This document shows positions 16,959-31,050 of a stretch of DNA of 32,000 nt, one piece after another; the stretch's first letter is position 1, and each line of letters begins with the position of its first letter. The notes beneath the pieces are model-generated. The model searched no databases and had not been told where the DNA came from. It worked only from the letters and a program-made list of their open reading frames with translations. Source of the DNA: Aliivibrio fischeri ES114 (lineage in GTDB: Bacteria; Pseudomonadota; Gammaproteobacteria; Enterobacterales; Vibrionaceae); the NCBI RefSeq assembly GCF_000011805.1, contig NC_006841.2, one strand, 5' to 3'. Made by a program: the position numbers and the translations under genes.

Positions 16959-19289
16959 ATGTCTACTTCACCTCTCTCTTACAAACTAGCATACCGTCCA
17001 GCAGCTCTGGATGACGAGCTGTGTAAATCCACTAAAAACATAACTCCAATTGATGAAATTGTCGGACAAGATAGAGCGCAACAAGCGGTTGAGTTTGCGA
17101 TGTCAATTCCTGACCGTGGTTATAATATCTATGCTGTCGGCCAAAATGGTTTAGGTAAAAGAACCATGGTGTTGCGTTATTTGAAGCGCCACAAACCTGT
17201 TGGAAATGGTATGTATGATTGGTGCTATGTTACTAATTTTGATGATACTCGTCGGCCTAAAGTACTTAAATTACCTATGGGTACAGGGACTGAATTTAAA
17301 AAAGAAATTGAAAAAATCACGTTAAAGTTAGTGAAGGCCATTCCACTGGCTTTTGATAATGAGCTGTATTACACCCGAACTGGTACATTGAAAAATCAGT
17401 TAACGGATCAACAAGAGTCTTTACTTGCCACTTTAACTAAAGAAGCAAAAGGGAAAGGGATCAGCCTTGCAGTAACAACACAAGGTGAGTATCAATTTAT
17501 TGCTTTAAATGGTGAAGAGCTACATACAGAAGAAACGTTTGAAGCCTTAGATCGACAAGAGCAACGAAGCCTAGAATCATCCATTGATGAGCTTGAAATT
17601 AAACTTCGTAGTTTGGTTCGTCAATTAACAGAGTGGGAAGATAAATATTCAGCGAAGATTGAAAAGCTGAATGAAGATGTTATTTCTCAGGTGCTAACGG
17701 TTAATTTTGAAACGATCAAAACTAAATATAAAGATTCAAAAGTCATTATCCAGCATTTAAAGGATATGGAAAAAGACATCATTGAGAATTTTGATATCTT
17801 TATTCAAGAAGGTAACGAAGAGACCGAGCTGGCTTATGCATCATTAGAGAAAAAGCTACCACGTCGATATCAAATTAACTTATTAGTGAATCAAGATAAT
17901 GAGCAATTTCCATTAATCGTTGAAGAAAGCCCTAGTTATCACAACTTATTTGGTTATATTGAAAATGCGACCTATAAAGGAACGGTTTTCACTGATTTTT
18001 CATTGATTCGTCCAGGCAGTTTGCACAAAGCCAATGGTGGAGTGTTATTAATGGATGCGGTGAAAGTGCTGGAACGACCTTACGTATGGGATGGTTTGAA
18101 GCGAGCACTACGAGCGCAAAATTTAAATTTAAGCTCGCTAGAGAAAGAAGTGACATTGTCTGGAACCGTTTCGTTGGAGCCTGAGCCTATTCCACTTAAT
18201 GTGAAAATTATTCTATTTGGTGACCATCAAACGTACCAGTTGCTACAACATTACGATTCAGAGTTTAGTGAATTGTTTAAAGTCACGGCCGATTTTGAAG
18301 ACGACATGCCAAGAACGGCGGCATCGGAATACCATTATGCTCAATTTATTTCGAGTATTGTGCAAGATGGTAAGTTATTGCAATGTGACAAGAGAGCGAT
18401 TGAACGAATTATTGAATACAGTTCACGTCAATCGGGTGATCAAAATAGACTGTCCTTGCATTCAGAAGATATCTCGAATTTATTGAAAGAGACTAACTAC
18501 ATAGCAAGAGCGGCAAACTCAAATATGATCCGCCTAAAACATGTAGAACAAGCGCTTTCCAATAAAGAACACCGTGTAAATCGTGTTCAAGATGGTGTTA
18601 TGCAAAGCTTTAAAAATGGCACGACATTAATGCAAACCGAAGGAGCTGTGATAGGGCAAATTAATGCGTTGTCTGTATTAAGCACATCTAACCATCAGTT
18701 TGGTATGCCAAACCGCATCACAGCAACGACTTCATTCGGTAAAGGTGAAGTGTTTGATATTGAAAGAAAAGTTGAGCTCGGAGGGAGTATTCACTCTAAA
18801 GGAGTATTCATATTAAGCGCTTACTTAGCTTCATTGTTTGGTAAAAATAAAGCAATACCATTGAAAACCTATATTACGTTTGAGCAATCCTACGGTGGTG
18901 TTGATGGTGATAGTGCATCGATGGCTGAGTTTTGTTCTATTATTTCTGCTTATTCAGATATTGCTGCTCGACAAGACTTAGCAATTACCGGTTCTATGAA
19001 TCAATTTGGTGAGGCACAGCCAATAGGCGGAGTAAATGAAAAGATTGAGGGATTTTATGAAGTTTGCAAAATTAAAGGGCTTAATAAAAACCAAGGGGTA
19101 ATCATTCCTGAATCAAATGTTCAAAATTTAATGCTGAGCGCTGAAATTGTTCAAGCAATTGAGAAAGGAGAATTTTCAATTTGGCCAGTGAAACACGTAA
19201 GTGAAGCGGTTGTATTATTTACTGGAATGCAACTTGAAAATAATGAACAAACAGGCATTTATGATTTAATTAAACAAAAATTAGCCTAG
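16959..19289 (+). CDS. Lon-like protease: AAA+-like N-terminal domain with a long helical insertion, plus a C-terminal Lon (S16) Ser-Lys protease domain
   Basis: The P-loop-like sequence is GQNGLGKRT and the Walker-B-like sequence is GGVLLMDA. About 200 aa of charged helical sequence lie between them. The C-terminal DGDSASMAEF (catalytic Ser) and GGVNEKIEGF (Lys) parallel Lon DGPSAG / GG(L/I)KEK. Confidence 0.88.
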   Translation: MSTSPLSYKLAYRPAALDDELCKSTKNITPIDEIVGQDRAQQAVEFAMSIPDRGYNIYAVGQNGLGKRTMVLRYLKRHKPVGNGMYDWCYVTNFDDTRRPKVLKLPMGTGTEFKKEIEKITLKLVKAIPLAFDNELYYTRTGTLKNQLTDQQESLLATLTKEAKGKGISLAVTTQGEYQFIALNGEELHTEETFEALDRQEQRSLESSIDELEIKLRSLVRQLTEWEDKYSAKIEKLNEDVISQVLTVNFETIKTKYKDSKVIIQHLKDMEKDIIENFDIFIQEGNEETELAYASLEKKLPRRYQINLLVNQDNEQFPLIVEESPSYHNLFGYIENATYKGTVFTDFSLIRPGSLHKANGGVLLMDAVKVLERPYVWDGLKRALRAQNLNLSSLEKEVTLSGTVSLEPEPIPLNVKIILFGDHQTYQLLQHYDSEFSELFKVTADFEDDMPRTAASEYHYAQFISSIVQDGKLLQCDKRAIERIIEYSSRQSGDQNRLSLHSEDISNLLKETNYIARAANSNMIRLKHVEQALSNKEHRVNRVQDGVMQSFKNGTTLMQTEGAVIGQINALSVLSTSNHQFGMPNRITATTSFGKGEVFDIERKVELGGSIHSKGVFILSAYLASLFGKNKAIPLKTYITFEQSYGGVDGDSASMAEFCSIISAYSDIAARQDLAITGSMNQFGEAQPIGGVNEKIEGFYEVCKIKGLNKNQGVIIPESNVQNLMLSAEIVQAIEKGEFSIWPVKHVSEAVVLFTGMQLENNEQTGIYDLIKQKLA

Positions 19290-19309
19290 TAGTTGTTAAA
19301 GATATTATA

Positions 19310-19342
19310 AAAATGTACAGGTGTGTTCTGTACATTTTTTTT
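19310..19342 (+). terminator. rho-independent terminator after the Lon-like gene
   Basis: AAAATGTACAG-gtgtgtt-CTGTACATTTTTTTT. Confidence 0.85.
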
Positions 19343-19358
19343 ATATGTTATTTGTAAA

Positions 19359-19388
19359 TTGAAATTATAGTTCAGACGGTGATATAAT
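19359..19388 (+). promoter_or_regulatory. sigma70-type promoter for the 409-aa ORF
   Basis: TTGAAA (19359-19364), an 18-nt spacer ending in TGA, then TATAAT (19383-19388), i.e. an extended -10 (TGaTATAAT). It lies ~95 nt upstream of the ATG at 19485, which has a TGAGGA SD. Confidence 0.6.
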
Positions 19389-19484
19389 GAACGGTATGGA
19401 TAACAATATAGTTAATGGCTTTTCTAACACAATAGCCATTGGTTAATCATGCATCTTGTTTTCAATTAATGTAATGAGGATTTT

Positions 19485-20714
19485 ATGTATCACCCTCTCT
19501 CTCCTAATCTTGATTTAGGCTCTTTTCTGTTGGTTCGAGGAAAAAAGACATATATAGAAGAGAACTTATTGCTGCGAGTTAAGCCAATCGATATTGATGG
19601 AACGGAATATTGGGTTCCTATCGGTATTAACTGGAATAGTGGTCAATCGACTAAACGCAGAAGAATGGAGTTTGCACAGGTACGATTTGCTCGTAAGGGA
19701 CAGCCTTATTACAGTAAAGCTTATTATGCTGATTTCGATAACGAAGATGACGACTTGGAAGCTCGTTCTGAAGCGATTATTGAAGCGGCATGGTCTATTG
19801 CTGAACTTGTAGAACAAAATGAATATGAAACGGCAGATGATGCACGAAAAACAAAGACGTTTACTGCTAAGTCTGTTTATGAAGGATTACATCCAAATAT
19901 TCAATTAAAAGTGTCTATGGTAAATGGAACGCCTTACATTAATAGCCATTTTGAGCGTCATGAAAGTAAACGTTGTTATCGTTCACATAACTTCTCGCGT
20001 AGCTTATACAGTTTAAATTTTGATGATTTGGCATTGTTCTTGTCTGATTTGAATGCGATAGGAAAAGAAATTGATGCTTTCCTACAAACTAAAGATGCGG
20101 ATATAAAGAAATTTAAACCAAGTAAGAAGTTGGTGACCGTTCCATTATCAAAATTTGCAATGCGTAATATTGCGGATCAGCTCGTTCAGAAATCAATGGA
20201 CGGTTGTAGAAAAGAATTTGATAAAACGTGGTTTGAATTTAAAAGAAAACCAAAACAAATTCAAATGATTGAAGCAGAAGATAAATCATCTTTTACTGTA
20301 AAGAAAGAACATACAAAAATCGGTACTGTAATTAAGTTAGATAAGTTTAAGGCTTGTACTCACCCTACACATGTTTTAAGAAAAGTTGCCTTAATGAAAG
20401 CGAATTATAATTGGGCTAATTTTAAAACCGAAAGAAAAGAAGAATCAGCAAAAGGTAAGTATTTTAAAATTGCTCATCCTTCATCAGGTATCGTGGGTGT
20501 GGTGGTTAAGAAGACGGATAATGAGACCATTTTTAAAGGTATTATTGGCCAGACACCAAGAAACAGTTATAAATTTAAAACATTTTCGACTAATTCAATG
20601 ACTGAAAAACAAGCTTTTATCGCCGCGAAACAGGCATTTATTGAAGTAATTGAAAATGAATCATGGTCTGATTATAAATTAACAAAAGAATTTAATTTAT
20701 ATCAAGCGAGTTAA
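19485..20714 (+). CDS. hypothetical basic protein (409 aa), no family recognised
   Basis: A long ORF with a good SD (AATGAGGAttttATG), its own promoter and flanking terminators. It is Lys/Arg-rich. By eye there is a repeated pattern of a beta-rich segment followed by an A/E/I-rich helix. Confidence 0.75.
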   Translation: MYHPLSPNLDLGSFLLVRGKKTYIEENLLLRVKPIDIDGTEYWVPIGINWNSGQSTKRRRMEFAQVRFARKGQPYYSKAYYADFDNEDDDLEARSEAIIEAAWSIAELVEQNEYETADDARKTKTFTAKSVYEGLHPNIQLKVSMVNGTPYINSHFERHESKRCYRSHNFSRSLYSLNFDDLALFLSDLNAIGKEIDAFLQTKDADIKKFKPSKKLVTVPLSKFAMRNIADQLVQKSMDGCRKEFDKTWFEFKRKPKQIQMIEAEDKSSFTVKKEHTKIGTVIKLDKFKACTHPTHVLRKVALMKANYNWANFKTERKEESAKGKYFKIAHPSSGIVGVVVKKTDNETIFKGIIGQTPRNSYKFKTFSTNSMTEKQAFIAAKQAFIEVIENESWSDYKLTKEFNLYQAS

Positions 20715-20746
20715 TAAATCTTAATTTAAGATAACCTAAAAAATAG

Positions 20747-20790
20747 AAGCTCCTTAGTTTTATCTTAAAACGAGAGGAGCTTTATTTTTT
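20747..20790 (+). terminator. terminator candidate after the 409-aa ORF
   Basis: AAGCTCCT (20747-20754) pairs with AGGAGCTT (20775-20782) over a 20-nt loop, then TTTATTTTTT. The large loop lowers confidence. Confidence 0.45.
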
Positions 20791-21130
20791 ACTTTTTTGT
20801 GAATATGCTTATATCAAGCTTAAGAGGTGTTCCAAGCCAAACGGCTGATTGAGTGTGGTCAAGATATTCATCATCAGTTAATGGGTGAATAAGAATACTT
20901 AATCCATTTTGATGCAGAGTTAAATACGTAAGTACTTCATCATAATTTTCTTGTTTAAATGAAACTTGACGACTCCATACAGGATGCGGTCCTACTGGTT
21001 TTTTATTAATGCGTCCTAATTCATAACCATACTCTTTATGTACGCTTTCGGTTAATGCGATGGCATAGTCAATATTACTTTCGTCAAAGTAAACATGGAT
21101 ATGATAACCATGGATATCTAATTGCGGCAT
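20789..21130 (-). CDS. DOPA 4,5-dioxygenase-like family protein
   Basis: MPQLDIHGYHIHVYFDESN...GPHPVWSRQV...LSILIHPLT fits the small DOPA-dioxygenase (PF08883-like) pattern. I prefer the Met at 21130 because the longer start (21169) would run into the tdh terminator hairpin. Confidence 0.7.
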   Translation of the reverse strand: MPQLDIHGYHIHVYFDESNIDYAIALTESVHKEYGYELGRINKKPVGPHPVWSRQVSFKQENYDEVLTYLTLHQNGLSILIHPLTDDEYLDHTQSAVWLGTPLKLDISIFTKK

Positions 21131-21152
21131 GTGAAATAGTTCTCTAAAAATG

Positions 21153-21183
21153 AAAATAAAAAAGGCCAAACCGAAGTTTAGCC
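21153..21183 (-). terminator. rho-independent terminator after tdh
   Basis: The minus strand reads GGCTAAAC-ttcg-GTTTGGCC (a UUCG tetraloop and one G-U pair), followed by TTTTTTATTTT. Confidence 0.65.
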
Positions 21184-21212
21184 TTATTATAGTTCATTTT
21201 AAATGAGAATGA

Positions 21213-22244
21213 TTATTCCCAATCTAGAATAACTTTACCAGACATACCAGAGCGCATCATATCGAAGCCTGCTTGGAAGTCATCAATCTTATAGTGGTGC
21301 GTGATAATTGGTGTTAGATCTAAGCCTGATTGAATTAAGCTTGCCATCTTATACCAAGTTTCAAACATCTCGCGTCCGTAAATGCCTTTGATGACTAAGC
21401 CTTTAAAGATAACTTGGTTCCAATCAACAGTCATGTCTGATGGTGGAATACCTAGAAGAGATATTTTACCGCCATGGTTCATGTTAGTTAGCATGCTATT
21501 AAATGCTGATGGATTACCAGACATTTCCAAACCGACATCAAAGCCTTCTGTCATGCCAAGCTCAGACATCACATCTTCAAGCTTCTCGTTCATTACGTTT
21601 ACGGCACGAGTTACGCCCATTTTCTTAGCAAGATCTAAGCGGTATTCATTCACATCAGTAATCACGACGTGACGTGCACCAACATGTTTTGCAACAGCCG
21701 CCGCCATGATGCCAATAGGACCAGCACCCGTGATTAGAACGTCTTCACCAACTAAATCAAATGATAGAGCAGTGTGAACTGCGTTTCCAAATGGGTCAAA
21801 GATTGATGCTAAGTCATCTGAAATGCCAGCAGGGATCTTAAATGCATTGAAAGCAGGAATCACTAGGTATTCAGAAAAAGCACCAGTACGGTTTACACCT
21901 ACGCCTGTTGTATTACGACAAAGGTGAGTACGGCCGCCACGACAGTTACGACAATGACCACAAGTTATGTGACCTTCACCTGAAACGCGGTCTCCAATTT
22001 CAAAACCACGCACTTCTTGACCAATACCAACAACTTCACCTACATACTCGTGACCAACAACCATAGGTACTGGAATTGTTTTTTGTGACCATTCGTCCCA
22101 GTTGTAGATATGTACATCGGTACCACAGATGGCAGTTTTCTTAATGCGGATAAGAAGATCGTTATGACCCATCTCAGGTTTTTCAACCTCAGTTAGCCAG
22201 ATACCTTCTTCAGGTTTTAATTTTGAAAGCGCTTTAATTTTCAT
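21213..22244 (-). CDS. tdh: L-threonine 3-dehydrogenase (zinc-dependent MDR family)
   Basis: The 343-aa product reads [16 protein letters not shown]...CGTDVHIY...GHEYVGEV...[15 protein letters not shown]...[10 protein letters not shown]. This is the full-length Tdh pattern, and the gene is coupled to kbl. Confidence 0.96.
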   Translation of the reverse strand: MKIKALSKLKPEEGIWLTEVEKPEMGHNDLLIRIKKTAICGTDVHIYNWDEWSQKTIPVPMVVGHEYVGEVVGIGQEVRGFEIGDRVSGEGHITCGHCRNCRGGRTHLCRNTTGVGVNRTGAFSEYLVIPAFNAFKIPAGISDDLASIFDPFGNAVHTALSFDLVGEDVLITGAGPIGIMAAAVAKHVGARHVVITDVNEYRLDLAKKMGVTRAVNVMNEKLEDVMSELGMTEGFDVGLEMSGNPSAFNSMLTNMNHGGKISLLGIPPSDMTVDWNQVIFKGLVIKGIYGREMFETWYKMASLIQSGLDLTPIITHHYKIDDFQAGFDMMRSGMSGKVILDWE

Positions 22245-23440
22245 TATTTAATGATCTCCATGTCTTTACCTACTTCGATAAAGGCATCAATTGCACGATC
22301 TAGCTGTTCACGAGTGTGAGCAGCGGACATTTGTGTACGAATACGAGCTTGGCCTTTTGGTACTACTGGGAAAGAGAATGCAATAACATAAATCCCTTTT
22401 TCTAGTGCACGTTCAGCAAACTCAACAGCGATTTTTGCATCTCCAAGCATGATTGGAATAATTGCGTGATCAGCACCGCCCATAGTAAAGCCTGCTGCTT
22501 CCATACGTGTACGGAAATGCGCTGAGTTCTCCCATAATTTAGAACGCAGGTCACCTGATTCAGCCAGAAGATCTAAAACACGAATAGATGCAGATACAAT
22601 GGCCGGAGCAACAGAGTTTGAGAATAGGTAAGGGCGAGAACGCTGACGAAGCCAGTCAATCACTTCTTTTTTACCTGAAGTGTAGCCGCCTGATGCGCCA
22701 CCCATTGCTTTACCAAGTGTGCCTGTGATGATATCGATACGGTCGATTACATCGTGATACTCATGAGTACCAGCACCGTTTTCACCCATAAAGCCAACTG
22801 CGTGAGAGTCATCAACCATCACAAGGGCGTCGTATTTATCTGCTAAGTCACAGATTGCAGGAAGGTTTGCAACAACGCCATCCATTGAGAACACACCATC
22901 AGTTACGATAAGCGTATGACGAGCGCCAGCTTCTTTTGCTGCAATTAATTGCTCTTCAAGTTCAGTCATGTTGTTGTTTGCGTAGCGGAAACGCATTGCT
23001 TTACATAGACGCACACCATCAATGATTGATGCGTGGTTTAGTGCATCTGAGATAATCGCATCTTCTGCACCTAGAATGGTTTCAAACAAACCAGCATTTG
23101 CATCAAAACATGATGTGTAAAGAATAGTGTCTTCTTTACCTAAGAAAGTAGATAGCTTTTGTTCTAATTCTTTATGTGAATCTTGAGTACCACAAATAAA
23201 ACGAACTGATGCCATACCAAAGCCATGCTCATCCATTCCATCTTTTGCTGCTTCAATAAGAGCAGGGTGGTTAGCTAAACCTAAGTAGTTATTTGCACAG
23301 AAATTTAGTACTTCTTGGCCAGTAGAAATAGAAACTGATGCTTTTTGAGCTGAAGTAATAATACGTTCTGATTTATATAAACCTTCGTTTTTTACTTCTT
23401 CAATTTGGTTTTGAATCTGTGTGTAGAATGCAGAAGACAT
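22244..23440 (-). CDS. kbl: glycine C-acetyltransferase (2-amino-3-ketobutyrate CoA ligase)
   Basis: The 398-aa PLP enzyme shows FCANNYLGL...[11 protein letters not shown]...DDSHAVGF...TLGKA(M)GG (PLP Lys). Its stop overlaps the tdh start, as in the classic kbl-tdh operon. Confidence 0.96.
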   Translation of the reverse strand: MSSAFYTQIQNQIEEVKNEGLYKSERIITSAQKASVSISTGQEVLNFCANNYLGLANHPALIEAAKDGMDEHGFGMASVRFICGTQDSHKELEQKLSTFLGKEDTILYTSCFDANAGLFETILGAEDAIISDALNHASIIDGVRLCKAMRFRYANNNMTELEEQLIAAKEAGARHTLIVTDGVFSMDGVVANLPAICDLADKYDALVMVDDSHAVGFMGENGAGTHEYHDVIDRIDIITGTLGKAMGGASGGYTSGKKEVIDWLRQRSRPYLFSNSVAPAIVSASIRVLDLLAESGDLRSKLWENSAHFRTRMEAAGFTMGGADHAIIPIMLGDAKIAVEFAERALEKGIYVIAFSFPVVPKGQARIRTQMSAAHTREQLDRAIDAFIEVGKDMEIIK

Positions 23441-23562
23441 TGCGGTTCCTTTTTTTAGTTATGTTTGTTGCACGTAAAAGTGTAATCAAAATCCGATAAA
23501 TAGATTCTAATTCAAATCAATTACGACTATTATCCCTAAAAATGGAAAAGCATTAGTGAATC

Positions 23563-24498
23563 ATGGTCACAAATAAACTTATTACTTTATTACCGGATTT
23601 AGCGACGTTTATTGTTGTTGTAAATGAAGGGAGTTTTACCGCTGCAGCAAAGAAGCTAGGTGTTACTCCATCTGCATTGAGTAAATTAATTACTCGGTTA
23701 GAGAATGCACTTTCAGTAAAGTTGTTTGAACGAACGACTCGTAGTTTACTGATCACTGAATCAGGAAAAAAAATATATCAGCAATCAGTCATCATGGTTG
23801 AAGCTGCGCAACAGGCTGTTGATATTTCAAGCTCTGAACATACAGTTCCTTCAGGAAGTTTAACTGTTGCAGCCCCAAAAGCATTTTTAACTATCGTACT
23901 TCAGCCGTTGATTACTCCTTTTTTAACTAAATACCCAAAGATTCAATTAAAACTTAGAGCATCAGATGGTGATATCGATATGATTGCTCAAGGTATTGAT
24001 GTGGTATTTAGGCTGACAGATAAGCCGACTGAAGGCTTGGTTATGAAAGAAATAGGTAAAGTTAATTTAAGCCTATGTGCAAGTCCTACTTATTTAGAAG
24101 AGAGAGGGATTCCTCATCTTCCGCAAGAGTTAGCCAATCATGACTGCTTATTTTTAGGTGAAACAACAACGGACCATATTTGGGAATTTGTTAAAGGCAC
24201 AGAAAGTCATGTCATTGCAGTAAGCGGTAGATATGCCGTGAATCATTCGCAAATGAGGTTAAATGGTGTAAAGGATGGCTTTGGTATTGGGATTTTCCCA
24301 GACTTTGTTATAAAAGAAGCATTAGCGAATAATGAAGTCATATCTGTTTTATCTGATTGGCAAATTAAAGGGAATTACCACGGTGTTATCGCAATGCAAT
24401 ACGCACAAAATAAATACATACCATCAAGGTTGAAAGTATTTACTGAGTTTGTAAAAGAAAACTTGATGAAATCAAAGGTAAATGATGAAAGAACTTGA
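23563..24498 (+). CDS. LysR family transcriptional regulator
   Basis: The N-terminal wHTH reads FIVVVNEGSFTAAAKKLGVTPSALSKLITRLENALSVKLFERTTR and is followed by a LysR substrate-binding domain. The gene is divergent from kbl-tdh. Confidence 0.9.
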   Translation: MVTNKLITLLPDLATFIVVVNEGSFTAAAKKLGVTPSALSKLITRLENALSVKLFERTTRSLLITESGKKIYQQSVIMVEAAQQAVDISSSEHTVPSGSLTVAAPKAFLTIVLQPLITPFLTKYPKIQLKLRASDGDIDMIAQGIDVVFRLTDKPTEGLVMKEIGKVNLSLCASPTYLEERGIPHLPQELANHDCLFLGETTTDHIWEFVKGTESHVIAVSGRYAVNHSQMRLNGVKDGFGIGIFPDFVIKEALANNEVISVLSDWQIKGNYHGVIAMQYAQNKYIPSRLKVFTEFVKENLMKSKVNDERT

Positions 24499-24862
24499 GT
24501 TACGTTTACTAAGAGGGCTACCTGGCAGTGGTAAAACGACATTAGCTCAGTCTTTAGGTTTGATCCATATTGAAGCTGATCAGTTTTTTATGAATGAAGC
24601 AGGAGAATACTGTTTTGATGGAAAGTTATTAGGGTCTGCGCATCAATGGTGTCAATCTCAATGTGAATATCACCTTTATCATAATAGAAGTGTCGTGGTT
24701 GCAAATACATTTGTTAAACACTGGGAAATTGATGTGTATAGAAAAATAGCTCAAAAATTTGGAGCTAAGATTAAGATAGATGTCTGTAAGGGGAAATTTA
24801 AAAGTATTCACAATGTTCCTGAGCAAGTGATTAGCCGGATGAAACGCGAATGGGAAGAATAA
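24482..24862 (+). CDS. small P-loop NTPase / kinase-like protein (AAA_33-like)
   Basis: Walker A GLPGSGKTTLA is present in a 126-aa product. The gene overlaps the LysR gene end by 17 nt. Confidence 0.7.
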   Translation: MMKELELRLLRGLPGSGKTTLAQSLGLIHIEADQFFMNEAGEYCFDGKLLGSAHQWCQSQCEYHLYHNRSVVVANTFVKHWEIDVYRKIAQKFGAKIKIDVCKGKFKSIHNVPEQVISRMKREWEE

Positions 24863-24938
24863 ATATTATTCGAATTGATGATTTTCAAAACAAGATGTTT
24901 GTTTTTTGAACGCTTAAAAGTTTTTTTGAAAAAAATAC

Positions 24939-24966
24939 TTGCAACAAAAATCGAAATCTCTATACT
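24939..24966 (+). promoter_or_regulatory. rrn promoter P1 candidate with an A/T-rich UP-like element
   Basis: TTGCAA (24939-24944), a 16-nt spacer, then TATACT (24961-24966). It is preceded by GTTTTTTTGAAAAAAATA. Confidence 0.55.
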
Positions 24967-25059
24967 TCGCTTCCGTTGACACAGCAAAGCTTTCTTAGAA
25001 AGAGTTGAGGTTCAACAAAGAAGTGAAACATTGACGCGAACGGAGTTTTAAAAAGTTAC

Positions 25060-25087
25060 TTGTAACTTACTTTTAGTAATTTAAATG
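25060..25087 (+). promoter_or_regulatory. rrn promoter P2 candidate
   Basis: TTGTAA (25060-25065), a 16-nt spacer, then TAAATG (25082-25087). The -10 is weak, so confidence is low. Confidence 0.3.
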
Positions 25088-25121
25088 ACACTTCACGCAA
25101 AATTAAGCAACGCTTAGTTTT

Positions 25122-25135
25122 GAGCTCTTTAATAA
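25122..25135 (+). promoter_or_regulatory. boxA-like antitermination element in the rrn leader
   Basis: GAGCTCTTTAATAA compared with the consensus TGCTCTTTAACAA. Confidence 0.55.
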
Positions 25136-25302
25136 TTTGACCTTAGCAATCTGTGTGGGCACTTGTGAATTGATAATCAACAAATTATCAATGAACTGAG
25201 TGACTACACAAAATTACTTTTATGTAACAATCAGTATTAATCATTGAGTCGGTTTTGTTTCTGCTTCTCTTTATAGAAAAGACAGAGCAACCAAAAAAAC
25301 TT

Positions 25303-26855
<1,553 letters not shown>

Positions 26856-26942
26856 AACGATAGATTACGATTTATGAGTGTTCACACAGATTGCAAGGTT
26901 GAAAAGTAAAGAGATTTAGAAGGTGCCCAACACCTTCGTAGT

Positions 26943-27018
26943 GTCCCGTTCGTCTAGAGGCCTAGGACACCGCCCTTTCACGGCGGTAACAGGGGTTCGA
27001 CTCCCCTACGGGATACCA
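26943..27018 (+). tRNA. tRNA-Glu (UUC)
   Basis: GTCCCGTTCGTCTAGAGGCCTAGGACACCGCCCTTTCACGGCGGTAACAGGGGTTCGACTCCCCTACGGGATACCA. The anticodon loop is CTTTCAC. Confidence 0.95.
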
Positions 27019-27020
27019 TT

Positions 27021-27096
27021 GGGTCGTTAGCTCAGTTGGTAGAGCAGTTGACTTTTAATCAATTGGTCGCAGGTTCGAATCCTGCACGACCCACCA
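27021..27096 (+). tRNA. tRNA-Lys (UUU)
   Basis: GGGTCGTTAGCTCAGTTGGTAGAGCAGTTGACTTTTAATCAATTGGTCGCAGGTTCGAATCCTGCACGACCCACCA. The anticodon loop is CTTTTAA. Confidence 0.95.
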
Positions 27097-27157
27097 TTCT
27101 TTCCACAGAGAATGGGTTTGTTCCTGATAGAGTCAGGAATAAGTTGAAATACTATGT

Positions 27158-27233
27158 GGGCGATTAGCTCAGTTGGGAGAGCACCTCCCTTACAAGGAGG
27201 GGGTCACTGGTTCGAGCCCGGTATCGCCCACCA
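27158..27233 (+). tRNA. tRNA-Val (UAC)
   Basis: GGGCGATTAGCTCAGTTGGGAGAGCACCTCCCTTACAAGGAGGGGGTCACTGGTTCGAGCCCGGTATCGCCCACCA. The anticodon loop is CTTACAA. Confidence 0.95.
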
Positions 27234-27368
27234 TTTCATATGGATATACTCTTTAAATATTTTTGGAAGGATTCCAAACCAGTTCAAGAAATTGACCCTG
27301 GTTAGGATTTTTGCCGTCTGAGAATGATTAAAAAGTATTTTATCACTACAAAAGTAGTGACGTTATAC

Positions 27369-27381
27369 TGCTCTTTAACAA
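27369..27381 (+). promoter_or_regulatory. boxA antitermination element in the 16S-23S spacer
   Basis: An exact TGCTCTTTAACAA. Confidence 0.75.
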
Positions 27382-27647
27382 TTTGGAAAGCTGACTGATT
27401 CAGCTTAATCACAGCTCAGGCTGAGATTAAGTTAAATCAAAATTTAAAAGTTCTTAATATCCTTTGTTTTACTTTGTAAAACGAAGACAACACATTCAAG
27501 TGTTCTTGGTATTATTTTGTTTCTACTTTTAAAGTAGAAATAAAGAGCGAATCCGGCGAAAAACCAAAACTCTCTATCTTTTATACAAAGATAGAAAGAG
27601 TTTAAACCTTGGTTGCTGTAAGTATACGAAACCTCTTGGGGTTGTAT

Positions 27648-30538
<2,891 letters not shown>

Positions 30539-30667
30539 ACAACACCCAAGGGGTTTTAACGGATTCGTTAACCAAGACACAATATTGAATGTGATTAAGA
30601 ATTAGTTTTAAATTAGAACAGTTTTCCAGATTATTATTAATCATTAGCATGATTAATAAACAAATTT

Positions 30668-30787
30668 TGCTTGGCGACCATAGCGTTATGGACCCACCTG
30701 ATCCCATGCCGAACTCAGAAGTGAAACGTAATAGCGCCGATGGTAGTGTGGGGTTTCCCCATGTGAGAGTAGGACATCGCCAGGCTT
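30668..30787 (+). rRNA. rrf: 5S ribosomal RNA
   Basis: TGCTTGGCGACCATAGCG...CCGAACTCAGAAGTGAAACG...GAGAGTAGGACATCGCCAGGCT. It is 120 nt and collinear with E. coli 5S. Confidence 0.96.
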
Positions 30788-30846
30788 TAATTCTTCTTAT
30801 TTTTAATTAAATAAGAGTTAGACAAAGTTAAGTCTTTAAAAAACTA

Positions 30847-30923
<77 letters not shown>

Positions 30924-30930
30924 ATATTTA

Positions 30931-30965
30931 GAAAAGGCTTATATCGAAAGGTATGAGCCTTTTTG
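30931..30965 (+). terminator. rrn operon terminator
   Basis: AAAAGGCTTATA-tcgaaagg-TATGAGCCTTTTT, with one G-U pair. Confidence 0.8.
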
Positions 30966-31014
30966 CTATCTGATATTTAAGAAAAGAGCCGTGGATTCCC
31001 CTACCATAAGAACG

Positions 31015-31050
31015 CGCGTGTTGGGAGTTCGAATCTCTCCACCCCTGCCA
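31015..31050 (+). pseudogene. tRNA-Trp 3' fragment (variable loop, T-arm, acceptor 3' strand and CCA), non-functional
   Basis: It is identical to the last ~36 nt of tRNA-Trp, but there is no upstream AGGGGTG acceptor strand, D-arm or anticodon arm. Confidence 0.8.

Noticed and set aside
16959-20714. The Lon-like protease plus the 409-aa ORF as a two-gene operon or a BrxL/BREX-like defence module.
   Set aside because: A strong terminator (19310-19342) and an independent promoter separate the two genes. No methyltransferase, PglZ or other BREX components are in the window. Any functional link is speculation.
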